Source of the DNA: Heterodontus francisci
Taxonomy: Eukaryota
NCBI RefSeq assembly: GCF_036365525.1
Contig: NC_090404.1
Coordinates: 44,463,544-44,527,543, forward strand
Direction of reading: 5' to 3'
DNA length: 64,000 nt
This document shows, piece by piece, positions 1 to 11,720 of the stretch (positions are counted from its first letter, which is position 1; every line of letters starts with the position of its first letter). Under the pieces are notes generated by a model. It was not told where the DNA came from and made no database searches. It saw nothing but the letters and a program-made list of their open reading frames with translations. Made by a program: the position numbers and the translations under genes.

Positions 1-1330
1 TGCGCCAGACAGGAATAAACAATTGTTGCAGTTCATCCATGCACGCTTTGAATGTTTGCCATTGCCTATCCACTCTCATCCCTTTAAGTAACGTTTCCCA
101 ATCCATCATAGCCAACTCGCGTCTCATACCTTCGTAGTTTCCTTTATTAAGATTCAAGACCCTAGTCTCAGAATCAACTATGTCACTCTCCATCTTGATG
201 AAGAATTTTATCATATTATGGTCGCTCATCCCCTAGGGGTCTTGCACAACTAGATTGCCAATTATTCCTCTCTCATTACACAATACCCAGTCTAGGATGG
301 CCTGTTCTCCAGTTGGTTCCTCAAAGAATTGGTCCAGAAAACTATCCCGTACACGACAGGAATTCCTCCTCTCTGGGAGGAATTGAATTGCACAATCTAT
401 ATGCAGATTGACGTCACTCATATTTGCAGCTGTTCCTTTATCGCATGCTTCTCTTATTTCCTGTTTCATGCCATTCCCAACATCACCACTACTGTTTGGG
501 GGTCTATATGCAACCACCACTAACGTTTATTGCCCCTTAGTGTTTCTCAGCTCCACCCATACAGATTCCACATCGTCAGAGCTAATATCCTTCTTCACTA
601 TTGTGTTAATTTCCTCTTTAACCAGCAATGCAATTCCACTGCCTTTTATTTTTTTGTCTGTCCTTCCTAAATACTGAATACCCCTGGATGTTCATTTTCC
701 GTCTCTGGTCACCCTGCAGCCATGTCTGCATACTCCCGACTACATCATACCTGTTTACATCTATTGGCGCAATTAATTCATCCACTTTATTGTGAATACT
801 CTACACGTTAAGGCACAAAGCCTTAAGGCTTGGCTTTTTAACATTACCTGTCCCCTTCCCACTATTTTTCACTGTGACCCTATTTGATTCTTGACCTTGA
901 TTTCTCTGCCTATCACTTTTCTTATTCCCTTTACTGGTTTTTGTTCTTGTCCTTGATCCTCCCTCCTCTGTCCACTTGCAAAGGCTCCCTTCCCACTGTC
1001 ACTTTAGTTTAAACCCCCTGGTGTAACAAGTCCAGTTTGTACTGGTCTCACCTCCCCCAGAACCGGTCCCAATATCCTAGGAATCTAAAACCCTCACCCT
1101 CGTATTAATCCGATATATCCGGCTATTTCTACTCTGACTAGAACTTAGCACTGGTAGCAATCCTGAGATCACTACCATTGAGGTCCTACTTTTCATCATA
1201 CTTCCTAACTCCCTATATTCTGCTTTTCGGAACTCATCGCTTTTTTGCCTACGTCGTTTGTACCAATGTGTACCACGACCACTGGCTGCTCATCCTCCCA
1301 CTTCAGAATATCCTGTAAACGCTCTGAGAC
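1..1330 (-). mobile_element. CR1/HER1-type LINE fragment (endonuclease region and upstream), degenerate
   Basis: ORF 233..520 has CR1 endonuclease motifs YRPPNSS and EPTGEQAILDWVLCNE; stops and frameshifts. Confidence 0.85.
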
Positions 1331-1334
1331 ATCC

Positions 1335-2050
1335 TTCATACCTTAATAGTTTCCTTTATTTAGATTCAGGACCCTATTCCGGGAATCAACTCTTTCACTC
1401 TCCATCTTAATGAAGAATTCTGCATGTTGTGGTCGATCTTCCCCAAGGGACCCCGCACAACAAGATTGTTAACTAATCCTTTCTCATTACACTATATCTA
1501 GTCTAGGAATATCCTGTTCTCTAGTTCATCCTTCAACGTATTGGTCTAAAAAACCATCACGTGCACACTCCACGAACTCGTCCTCTACAGTATTATTGCT
1601 AATTCGGTGTGCCCAATCTATATGTAGATTGAAGTCACCCATAATTACAGTTGTACTCTCATTACATGCGTCTCTAATTTACTGTTTAATGCCATCCTCT
1701 TCATCACCACTGCTGTTTGGGGGTCTATATACCACCCCCACCAGCGTTTTCTGCCGCGTGGTATTTCTTAGCTCCACCCATACAGATTCGACATCAGGAT
1801 TCACTGAGTTAATATCCTTCCTCACTGTTGTATTAATTTCCTCTTTTACTAACAACGCTGCTCCACATCCTTTCCCTTTTTGCCTGTCCTATCTAAATAT
1901 TGAATACCCCTTGATGTTCAGTTCCCATCATGACATAAAGGGATATGGGGATTGTGTGGGAATAAAGACATTGAATTGGATGATCCGCCATGATCATATT
2001 GAATGGTGGAGCAGGCTCGATGGGCTGAATGGCTTACTCCTACTCATTTA
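1335..2050 (-). mobile_element. Second CR1 endonuclease fragment (-), abutted at ~1930-2050 by a CR1 3' tail (+)
   Basis: 1335-1930 is homologous to 125-700 and 19430-20010; 1930-2050 has the CR1 3'UTR motif 'gaatggtggagcaggctcgatgggctgaatggcttactcc'. Confidence 0.75.
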
Positions 2051-2054
2051 TTCC

Positions 2055-2551
2055 TCTGCCTGCTGCATTTAAAGTGCTTTGGATGCCTATCTATTGAAGG
2101 ACTGTTTCATCAATTGCGTGTGGAGTCTTCGAGATGCATTTGATTTTTTTACACTAGGATACCTCACCCATCAGGAACGTAACCCACAAAGCTTATAACG
2201 CAATTATTTATTTATTCTTAAGAAGCAGCTAATTGTTAAAGCATAATTTTTAAACAAGAACAACCGGTTAACCGTTGATTTTTGAGTGCATGTGTGTGAA
2301 TGGTGGAGTTAAGTTAAAATAAGACCTTTAGACATCGGTGAATCTGAATAGTGTTTAAGATTTAGTTTTTAATAAATAGTTAATTTGTTGTTGTCTATAG
2401 ATACCTGACTTGGTCTGTTTTATTCTGGGGGTAACGAGAGTGTTTAATTTGGCTGTTTCCCGGTTTGATGGGAAAACTTTAATAATATGCTGCGACCTGT
2501 GGAGTGATGGGACTGAATTGACAGTGCATTACTCCCGCCTTGGCTGTAACA
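2055..2551 (+). mobile_element. Partial Gypsy LTR (3' half)
   Basis: Ends 'gacagtgcattactcccgccttggctgtaaca', the reverse complement of the LTR termini at 14556, 24205 and 31508. Confidence 0.75.
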
Positions 2552-2821
2552 CAAGGAGAAGCTAAGACATGTCAGAGCAGTTTATAGGCCTCCTAGTAGG
2601 AGATATACTGTTGCATATGGTGTTAATCAAAGGCAATCAGGATGGGCAACAAGTGCGTGCCTTGCCAGAGATGCACTTTAAGTAATAAAAGGATCTTGTA
2701 CCAAAGTTTGGCATCAAATGCCGAACCCTAACTGCACCCACCTATAAAGACAGTGGCTGCAAGAACAGGTCAGAGGCTGGGTATTCTGCTGGGAGTAACT
2801 CACGTCCTGGCTCCACAAAGC

Positions 2822-3665
2822 CTGTCCACGCTGAATGCAACCTCACTTAACTGGATCTGTGAACACTAAATGTAAGCATGCTCTATTGGACTTGTCAACG
2901 CTGAATGTAGCCATGCAAAACTGGAAGTTTCCACAATAAATGTAATTCTGATGAACTGGGCCCCTCTGCACTGAAAGTAACTGTGCAGTACCGGGCAGGT
3001 ACACGCTGGTAGTAACAGTGCTCAACTGGCCATCTGCACACTAGATATAACCACGCTGACCTGGGCAAGATTACATTGTCAGTAACTGTGCTGAATTGGG
3101 TTGTCAAAATTCAATGGAGCTAGGCGGAACTGAAGCTGCCCTGGCTGAAAGTAACAAGACAGAACTGGATCTGTCCTCTCCTAATGTGAGTGTGCTGAAC
3201 TGGAACTTTCGACAATGAATATTATGCTGCGGACCTGGACATGTCCACACTAAATATCACTGTGCTGATTGAAGCTGCCTCTACTCATGCACTGAACTTG
3301 ACCAGTCAACATCGAATGCAACCGTATTGAATTGAACTTTTCAACACTGAGAGTTAGCGTGCACAATAGGACCTTCATACATGCAATGTAATCGAGCTGA
3401 ACCCGTCAACAAGGAGAGAACCCGTGCTGAAATTGACCTCGGCACACAACATATAACCGTGCCAACTTCGATCTGTCTGCAATAAATATAAAGGGGCTCA
3501 ATTGGACATGTCTCCCTTGAATATAAGGGTACAGAACTTGACCATCCATCGTGAGCTCAACTGTGCTGAACTGGATGTTTTCAAACAAAACATAAGCATG
3601 CACAATTGCACCTATGCACACTGAAATTACTGTGCTGATCTTGAGCGGTCCACACTGAATACAAT
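2822..3665 (+). repeat. Degenerate 35-bp tandem array (~24 units) upstream of gene A
   Basis: By-eye consensus AATGTAACTGTGCTGAACTGGACCTGTCCACACTG; paralogous array at 59560-60415. Confidence 0.85.
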
Positions 3666-4078
3666 CAGCTGTGTTGAAGTGGATGCCCCATCTCAGAGGG
3701 GTTTGGAGTCAGGTGTATGTGCCTTGAATTACACTGACTGGAGCTGAATAGTGATCGGCATCGAGAACATGGCTCCAATTTCCTTCAGAACCAGAATATC
3801 TCTGGTCAGTTACATCTTGTACTGAGAGCACTCAGCATTAAATGCTTTGAAACCTGACAATTCCTTGCATACACATTTCATTTTCACCATTGAAACCGCT
3901 TAATGAACTTTTCAATTATCGTAACTGTAATTAAGATCATATTGTCATCTCTGGCTAGTTCACTTTAGAGCTGTGTCAGGTCCCTTGAAGAAACAGTCCG
4001 TTCCATCAAAACAAAAACATGAGTCAGGCATCTGCTGCACTGATCTGTTTATGTAATTAATGCAAAACATGAAACCAT

Positions 4079-4114
4079 CTAATTATCTCCCTGGAGTTTG
4101 ACATCAGGTATAAA
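4079..4114 (+). promoter_or_regulatory. Gene A putative proximal promoter: TAATTA + TCCCTGGAG (O/E-like) + TATAAA
   Basis: CTAATTATCTCCCTGGAG at 4079-4096 and TATAAA at 4109-4114; AATTATCTCCCTGGAG is identical upstream of gene C. Confidence 0.6.
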
Positions 4115-4165
4115 TGTGGCGATCTTACAGTGTAGGTCAGATCGTTCTCAGAGCTCCTGGTAGAA

Positions 4166-4235
4166 ATGCACGTATCACCAACAGACCTGGTGTTTTCCAT
4201 TTACTATCCTGTCCTTGCAGCTATCGGGGTTCCAG
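4166..4235 (+). CDS. GPR139-like class A GPCR gene A, coding exon 1 (MHVSPTDLVFSIYYPVLAAIGVP)
   Basis: ATG at 4166; 70 nt ending CCAG|gtaaag (phase 1); joins exon 2 to give TM1 'IGVPANL'; paralogous exon at 59041-59110. Confidence 0.9.
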
Positions 4236-4319
4236 GTAAAGTGTTGGAGGTAGTTATTCGTTACAGGAATCATTGCTTAGCTGTGTTACTGCTTTCATTT
4301 ACCAGTAGCTGTTATGAAT

Positions 4320-4660
4320 ATCCTTTTTCCCTGTAACGTGTTAATTTCTCCACTGAAAGGGAAACATTCTTCCTTCCAATTGGTATAATTTCTCTCCTTC
4401 AACCTTATCATTTTGCCACTTTAATGCTATACATTCTCCATCTTAACAGCAACATTTTTCCCATTTACTGATATAATTTCTCGTCACGAATGATATAATT
4501 TCTCCCCTTCAGAAGTGTCATTTCTCACCATTACTGGCATAATTTCTGAACATTGCTCGTGCAATTTCTGCCACTTGCCACTTTTAGGGCATAATTGCTC
4601 CTCTTTAGCCGTATCAATTTCCCATTAACAAGTGTAATTTTTCCTGCTTAAAAGGATAAT
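4320..4660 (+). repeat. Degenerate ~21-22-bp intronic minisatellite
   Basis: Recurring 'tataatttctc' core; reverse copy at ~58570-58940 in the gene C intron. Confidence 0.6.
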
Positions 4661-4689
4661 TTGGAGCTTCCAAATCCACACCTTTACTT

Positions 4690-5235
4690 GTGCTATTTCA
4701 TGGTGTAAATGCAGTTCTATTATGTTCACTGTGGGTGAATTATCACACTGTTATCAGTGTGTAAATGTAGTTCGATTGTATTATTCACACGGTTACTATG
4801 GGTCGATTACCGCACTGCTATCACGGTGCAGATGTAATTCTGGTGCGTTATTGACACTGTTACCGTGGGTGAAATACCACACTGTTATCCCAGTGTAAAC
4901 GTAGTGAAATTGTGTAATTGACATCGTTTCTGTGGGTACATTATCACACTGTTATCCCAGTGTAAATGTCGTTATATTATGTAATTGACATTGTTTCTGT
5001 GGATGAATTATCACACTGTTATCACGGTGTAAATGTAGTTATACTCTTATTATTTTCATAATTACTATCGATGAATTATCACACTGTTATCCCGGTGTAA
5101 ATATAGTTCTACTCCATTATTTTCATCATTACTGTCGGTGAATTATCACACTGTTTTCTCAGTGTAAATGCAGTTCGATTGTGTTATTCACACTTTTGCT
5201 GCAGGACAACTGTCACGCTGTTATCACGGTGCACG
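4690..5235 (+). repeat. ~67-bp intronic tandem repeat, ~8 units
   Basis: 'gaattatcacactgttatc'-type core at about 4737, 4805, 4871, 4938, 5005, 5073, 5140, 5207. Confidence 0.85.
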
Positions 5236-5608
5236 TGGAGGTATATTGCTTTAATGGCAGTAACAGCAGATGTGTGATTTTCATAAATTATTACTGACTA
5301 AATTTATTCAACTTGTAAATAATGCTTGACTTCATTTAATTATTGAATTTATTGAAGAAACATTATTGTTGTGAACAGAAATATAAGCCATGTAACAAGT
5401 GGCCGTTCTATGAACGTATCCGCACTTACCCCAAACCTCACAGCAGAAGTGTGAATAACACAATAGAACAGCATTTACACTGAGAAAACAGTGTGATAAT
5501 TCACCGACAGTAATGATGAAAATAATGGAGGAGAACCATATTTACACCGGGATAACAGTGTGATAATTCATCGATAGTAATTATGAAAATAATAAGAGTA
5601 TAACTACA
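5034..5608. repeat. 168-bp inverted repeat (arms 5034-5201 and 5441-5608, 239-nt spacer)
   Basis: Arms are ungapped reverse complements with 5 mismatches counted by eye. Confidence 0.92.
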
Positions 5609-6116
5609 ATAACACTAATCATTTTACAGTAATTCATCGGATGAGAGCCTGTTAGTTTCTTTGCGGATATAATCCTTTTTAAATGCAATTTCTGTTTCCT
5701 CCTTTCCTCTAAGTTTCCACTTTTATTGTTCGTTATTGCATTTTAAACCCTGTTAAATATATTCTCGACTATGTTACTGGCGTTATTTTTCTTGTCTGTT
5801 TGATGGCCCCGTGTTGGTTTCAATTGATTAACGATGCCTTTTTGTTCTCCATTATGTTTGGTTGTATTATTTTACATTATGATGATATTGACCTGTCTGA
5901 TTTTTAATCCAGATGATTCATTGAAGCACAAAAACAAGTACCCAGAGGTTAAGCGATAAGTTTCTATTCAGGATCATGTGTCTAAGCTGTGAATCTCACA
6001 GAGAATTCTGTAAATCCGATGGTTTTGTTGGAGTTGGACCAGTGCATTTCCTGTTCTCTCTCGCTCACACACACATACTCTCCGACTTTCTCTCAGTCTC
6101 TCTGTCTCTATTACAG

Positions 6117-7024
6117 CTAACTTGGCAGTGATTGTGATCCTGTCCCGAGGAAGATGCGGTCTCTCCAAATGTATCACTTCCTATCTGGTGTCGATGGCAG
6201 TAACGGATCTCCTGGTCATGATCACCGCTGTGATATTAAACCGAATTGCTGGCATTTATTTCCCTTTCAGTTTCCTGTCCATCACACCGGTGTGCAGTCT
6301 CCGTATTGCCCTAAATTATGCGATCGTAGACTGTTCTGTCTGGTTAACAGTCGCTTTCACCTTTGATCGATTTTTGGCCATTTGTTGCCAGAAACTGAAG
6401 ATAAAATACTGTACTGAGAAAACGGCAGCACGGGTTATAGGAATACTGGCTTTAGTGAGCTGTTTAAAATATACTTTCCTGTATTTTATATATAAACCTT
6501 TGTATATAATTAACAATATACCCTGGTTCTGCAGAATAAAATCAATATTCTATACGTCACCTGCATGGGTCGCATATCAGTGGATTCACCACATTTTAAC
6601 CCCTTATCTCCCATTCATTCTAATTTTACTGCTCAATGCTCTGACCGTCAGACATATCCTCATGGCCAGTAAAGTCCGCAGGAGACTCCGAGCCCACAGC
6701 AATGGAGAGAAACAGAGTGACCCGGAGATGGAAAGCCGGAGGAAGTCCATTGTTTTGCTCTTCTGCATCTCGGGTAGTTTTATCCTGTTATATTTGCCAT
6801 TTCTTATAAATTTCCTTTATATCCGAATTGCGAACATTAGTTATTTTTCTGGTTCCAATTTCAATGAATCAAATTTTATTCTGCAGGAAAGTGGCTATAT
6901 GCTTCAGCTTTTGTGTTCTTGTGTCAATCCATTTATTTATGCAGGGACCCAGAGTAAATTCAGAGAGGAGTTAAAGAATGGAGTGAAATATCCACTGAGT
7001 CTAATTGTTAATTTGTTGAAATGA
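6117..7024 (+). CDS. GPR139-like GPCR gene A, coding exon 2 (TM1 end to C-terminus); full protein 325 aa
   Basis: Pyrimidine tract and ttacag| acceptor at 6116; class A motifs MAVTD, TFDRF, NPFIY; hydrophobic segments; no internal stop. Confidence 0.93.
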
Positions 7025-8246
7025 TGAAAATAGTACAATGCTACATGATTCGAACGTTATATTCTATCCATTGCCGTTCTTGTCCATGTCACACACGGCC
7101 TCCCCTTCCAGAAAAATAGCCACTCGCTTTGAGATCCATTTCCATTGTGTGAATTTAAGAATGCATAAGCAACGCTGCAAAGCCACATAATTCAGTGCTG
7201 TAACATGTTCTTATTTGGTTTCCAGTTCTCTTCCCCGTGTCGACTCTAACTTCATACATTTGCATCAGCCCCAAGGGCCTAGAAGTTTCGCTACATTCCT
7301 ATGGGAGACAGAGATTCTGACCTCTGATCTATTAATAGTTATCAAGTTTCACTGGGAAGTGAAGGGAAATCAATATGCCTGCTGGGAATGATTTGTGCCT
7401 TAAGGGTAGAATAGACTCTGAAACTGAATCATGTAATGCCCCATGCATTGCTCTCCAATCCAACAGCACCCCTCACAGACGCAGTCTTGTACCCATAAAC
7501 ATCAGAACAGAGGAAATGCTGGAGGAAAGAGACAGTTCACCTTCTACACTTTTCATTAACCAATTAGGTCAGCATCCCTGTTTCATCAAACAGAATAAAA
7601 TCATTAGAACAAAAGTCCTCCCATTTTAAAAGGGATGCAAACAATAAATATCAGAAAAAGAAATTCATCAAATTAAATGAGGATATTATCTTCACTATTG
7701 ACTATGCACTCCAGTCACTTTGCCTTCTACCATAGTAGCCCCAATTCCCATGATACAATGTTAATAGATTTTTCGACTAATCACAGCAATCGCAATAAAC
7801 TAGCCTACAACAGAGCGAGATATGAAAAGAGTTAGACTCCAGTGGTGAAGAGCTTTAGGAACCATATTTCCAAATTCATCTGTTCCTCTCAAGCAATTCT
7901 ACATTTACCGCATGTCATGTCTCAAATTTCTCACATACCGTCTCCCAAAATGCCATGCTGTGAATGAATTCTGCCTAATTTGAATGGTAAGAATCAATAT
8001 TAACTGCTTTCACCTTAACTGTAGGGAATGTGCTCCATAGATCGACTGCTCAGTAAAATATTGTTTCAGTAGATTGGCTTTGAATTTACCTCATTCACTG
8101 TAGCTGTTACCTCTGGAAAACTTGTCGGGCTTACATCATCGAGTTCATTTTTGAATCTGGAAAATAGAAAGCGTACCACCCCGGCACCTTCCATTTTCCA
8201 ATAAGGATTTGCTCAATATACATAATCGTTACTCACATTCCAATCT

Positions 8247-11203
8247 GCTACGAAGTCAATAAAAAAGAATGAAACCAGACGGACCACTTGGCATCGAACT
8301 GGGCACTGGAAATGACAACGGCAAATCCAGGCCTGTCGACCCTGCAAAGTCCTCCTTACTAACATCTGGGAGCTTGTGCCAAAGTTGGGAGTGCTGTCCC
8401 ACAGACTAGTCAAGCAACAGCCTGACATAGTCATACTCACGGAATCATACCTGACAGGCAATGTCCCAGACAATGCCATTACAACCCCCGGGTATATCCT
8501 GACCCACCGGCAGAACAGACCGACCAGAGGTGGCGGCACAGTGGTATGCAGTAGGGAGGGAATTGCCCTGGGAGTCCTCAACATCGACTCCGGACCCCAT
8601 TAAGTCTCATGGCATCAGATCAAACAAGGACAAGGAACCTCCTGCTGATTACCACCTATCGCCCTCCCTCAGCTGATGAGGCAGTACTCCACCATGTTGA
8701 ACAGCACTTGGAGGAAGCATTGAGGGTGGCGAGGGCACAGAATGTACTCTGGGTGGGAGACTTCAATGTCCATCACCAAGAGTAGCTCGGTAGCACCACT
8801 ACAGACCGAGCTGGCTGGGTCCCAGAGTACGTATCTGCTAGACTGGGTATGTGGCAGGTGGTGAGGGAACCAACAAGAGGGGAAAACATACTTGACTTCA
8901 TCCTCACCAATCTGCCTGCCACAGAAGAATTTGTATTGGCAGGAGTGACCACCGCAAAATCGTTGTGGAGACGAAGACCTGCCGTCACACTGAGGATACC
9001 CTCCATCGTGTTGTGTGGCACTACCACCGTGCTAAATGGGATAGACTTCGAACAGATCTAGCAATGCAAAATTGGGCATCCATGAGGCACGATGGGCCAT
9101 CAGCAGCAGCAGAATTGTACTCATCTACTATCTGGAACCTCATGGCCCAGCATATCCCCACTCTACCATTACCATCAAGCCAGGAGACCAACACTCGTTC
9201 AATGAAGAGTGTAAGATGGCATGCCAGGAGCAGCACCAGGCATACCTCAAGATGAGGTGACAACCTGGTGAAGATACAACCCAGGACTATCTGCGTGCCA
9301 AACTGCGTAAGCAGCATGCAATAGGCAGAGCTAAGCGATCCCATAACAAAAGGATCAGATCTAAGCTCTGCAGTCCTGCCACATACAGCCGTGAATGGTG
9401 GTGGACAATTAAACAACTAACTGGAGTAGGTGGCTCCACAAATATCCCCATCTTCAATGATAGGGGAGCCCAGCACATCAATGCAATAGATAAGGCTGAA
9501 GTATTTGCAACAATCTTCAGCCAGAAGTGCCGAGTGGGTGATCCTTCTTGACATCCTCTTGAAGTCCCCAGCATCACAGATGCCAGACTTCAGCAATTTG
9601 ATTAATTCTGCGTGATATCAAGAAACAACTGAAGGCACTGGATACTGAAAAGTCCATGGCTCTGACAATATTCCGGCAATAGTAATGAAGACCTGTGCTC
9701 CAGAACTTGCTGCACCCCCAGCCAAGCTGTTCCAGCACAGCTACAACACTGGCATCTACCCTGCAATGTGGAAAATTGCCCAGGTATGTCCGGTACAGAA
9801 AAAGCAGGACAAGTCCAACCCGACCAATTACAGCCCCATCAGCCGACTCTCAACCATCAGTGACGTGATGGAAGGTATCATCAACAGTGCCATCAAGTGG
9901 CACTTGCTTTGCAATAACATACTCAGTGACCCTTAGTTTGAGTTCTGCCAGGGCCACTCAGCTCCTGACCTCATTACAGTCTTGGTTCAAACATGGACAA
10001 AAGAGCTGAATTCAAGAGGTGAGGTGAGAGTGACTGCCCTTGACATCAAGGCAGTATTTGACCGAGAATGGCATCAAGGAGCCCTAGCAAAACTAAGGTC
10101 AATGGGAATCGGGAGAAAACACTCCACTGACTGGAGTCATACCTAGTGGAAAGGAAAATGGTTGCGGTTGTTCGAGGTCAATCATCTGAGCTCCAGAACA
10201 TCACTGCAGGAGTTCCTCAGGGTAGCGTTCTCGGCCTTACCATCTTCAGCTGCTTCATCAATGACCTTCCTTCAATCATAAGGTTAGAACTGGGGATGTT
10301 CGCTGATGATTGCACAATGTTCAGTGGAATTCGTTGCTCGCCAGATACTGAAGCAGTCCGTGTAGAAATGTAGCAAGTGCCTGGAACATATCCAGGCTTG
10401 GGCTGATAAGTGGCAAGTAACATTCGCGCCACACAAGTGCCAGGCAATGACCATCTGCAACAAGAGAGAATCTCACCATCTGCCCTTGAAATTCAACGGC
10501 AGTACCATCGCTGAATCCCCAAATATCAACATCCTAGGGGCTACCATTGACCAGACACTGAACTGGAGTTGCCATATAATTACCGTGGCTGCAAGAGCAG
10601 GTCAGAGGCTTGGAATCCTGCAGTGCATAACTCACATCCTGACTCCCCAAAGCCTGTCCACCATCTAAAAGGCACAAGTCAGGAGTGTGATGGAATATTC
10701 TCCACTTGCCTGGATGGGTGCAGCTCCATCAACATTCAAGAAGCTCGACACCATCCAGAACAAAGCAGCCCTTTTGATTGGCATCCCATCTGCAAACATT
10801 CACTCCCTCCACCACCGACGCACAGTGGCAGCAGTGTGTACCATCTACAAGATGCACTGCAGCAACGCAGCGAGGATCCATGGACAGCACCTTCCAATCC
10901 CGCGACCTCTACAACTGGAACAACAAGGGCAGAAAATGCATGGCAGCACCACCACCTGCAAGTTCCCCTTCAAATCACACACCATCCTGACTTGGAACTA
11001 TATCGCCATGCCTTCACTGTCACTGGGTCAAAATCCTGGAATTCACTTCCTATCAGCACTGCGGGTGCACCTACCCCACATGGACTGCTGCAGTTCAAGA
11101 AGGCAGCTCACCATCACCTTCTCAAGGGCAATTAGGGATGGGCAATAAATGCTGCCCTGGCCAACGACGTCCACATCCCATGAATGAATTTTTTTTTTAA
11201 AAA
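8247..11203 (+). mobile_element. RTE-X-like non-LTR retrotransposon, near-complete degenerate ORF
   Basis: Endonuclease (QQPDIVILTESYL), RT (GVPQGSVLG, FADD), C-terminal MEYSPLAW, tail 'cccatgaatgaat'. Clade assignment is by recall. Confidence 0.8.
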
Positions 11204-11720
11204 CTATTCCGCCCCCTTAATCATTCTGTTTACTTGCGTATATTCAATAGCTGCAACATCCTATAGTGTCCAGAACTGTAGAAAGCAATCTAAGTGAGGT
11301 TGCACCAATGATTTATAAAGTCACATGTGTATCTCACTATATCGGCTCAATATTGTTCTTTATTTAAATCCCAATATCTAATTTGCTTTGCTCAATGTTG
11401 TGCTATCTTCAATGTATTGTCAATCAAAAACACAGCTCTCTTTCGATTTTTCATGCAAACTAATTTCTTTTCTTTGAAGTGATTGCCCATTTTTGGATTT
11501 CTTCTCTCCATGTGACGTAGTTTCCATTTCTCGACATTAAATGTCATCTGTCGCCTGTCTGCCATTTTTAAGTAATTTAATCTTCCCTTAGCTTATCCCT
11601 TCAGATTTGCAGTATACCATCTGCATCAGCTTTATTTCACCTGCAAAGGTAGTCGTTGTCTTGTAACTCCTCATTTCCGATCACTTAAAAAGCTATTAAA
11701 CTAATGAGATCCGAAACAAA

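Noticed and set aside
125-1930. Similarity among 125-700, 1335-1930 and 19430-20010 as a segmental duplication
   Set aside because: All are CR1 endonuclease regions with unrelated flanks.
2822-3665. 35-bp array as a CRISPR array
   Set aside because: Units are contiguous and degenerate, with no unique spacers and no cas genes; the context is a vertebrate genome.
6122-6124. ORF-track starts at 6122 and 54345
   Set aside because: These are TTG Leu codons just inside exon 2; the true ATGs are at 4166 and 59110.
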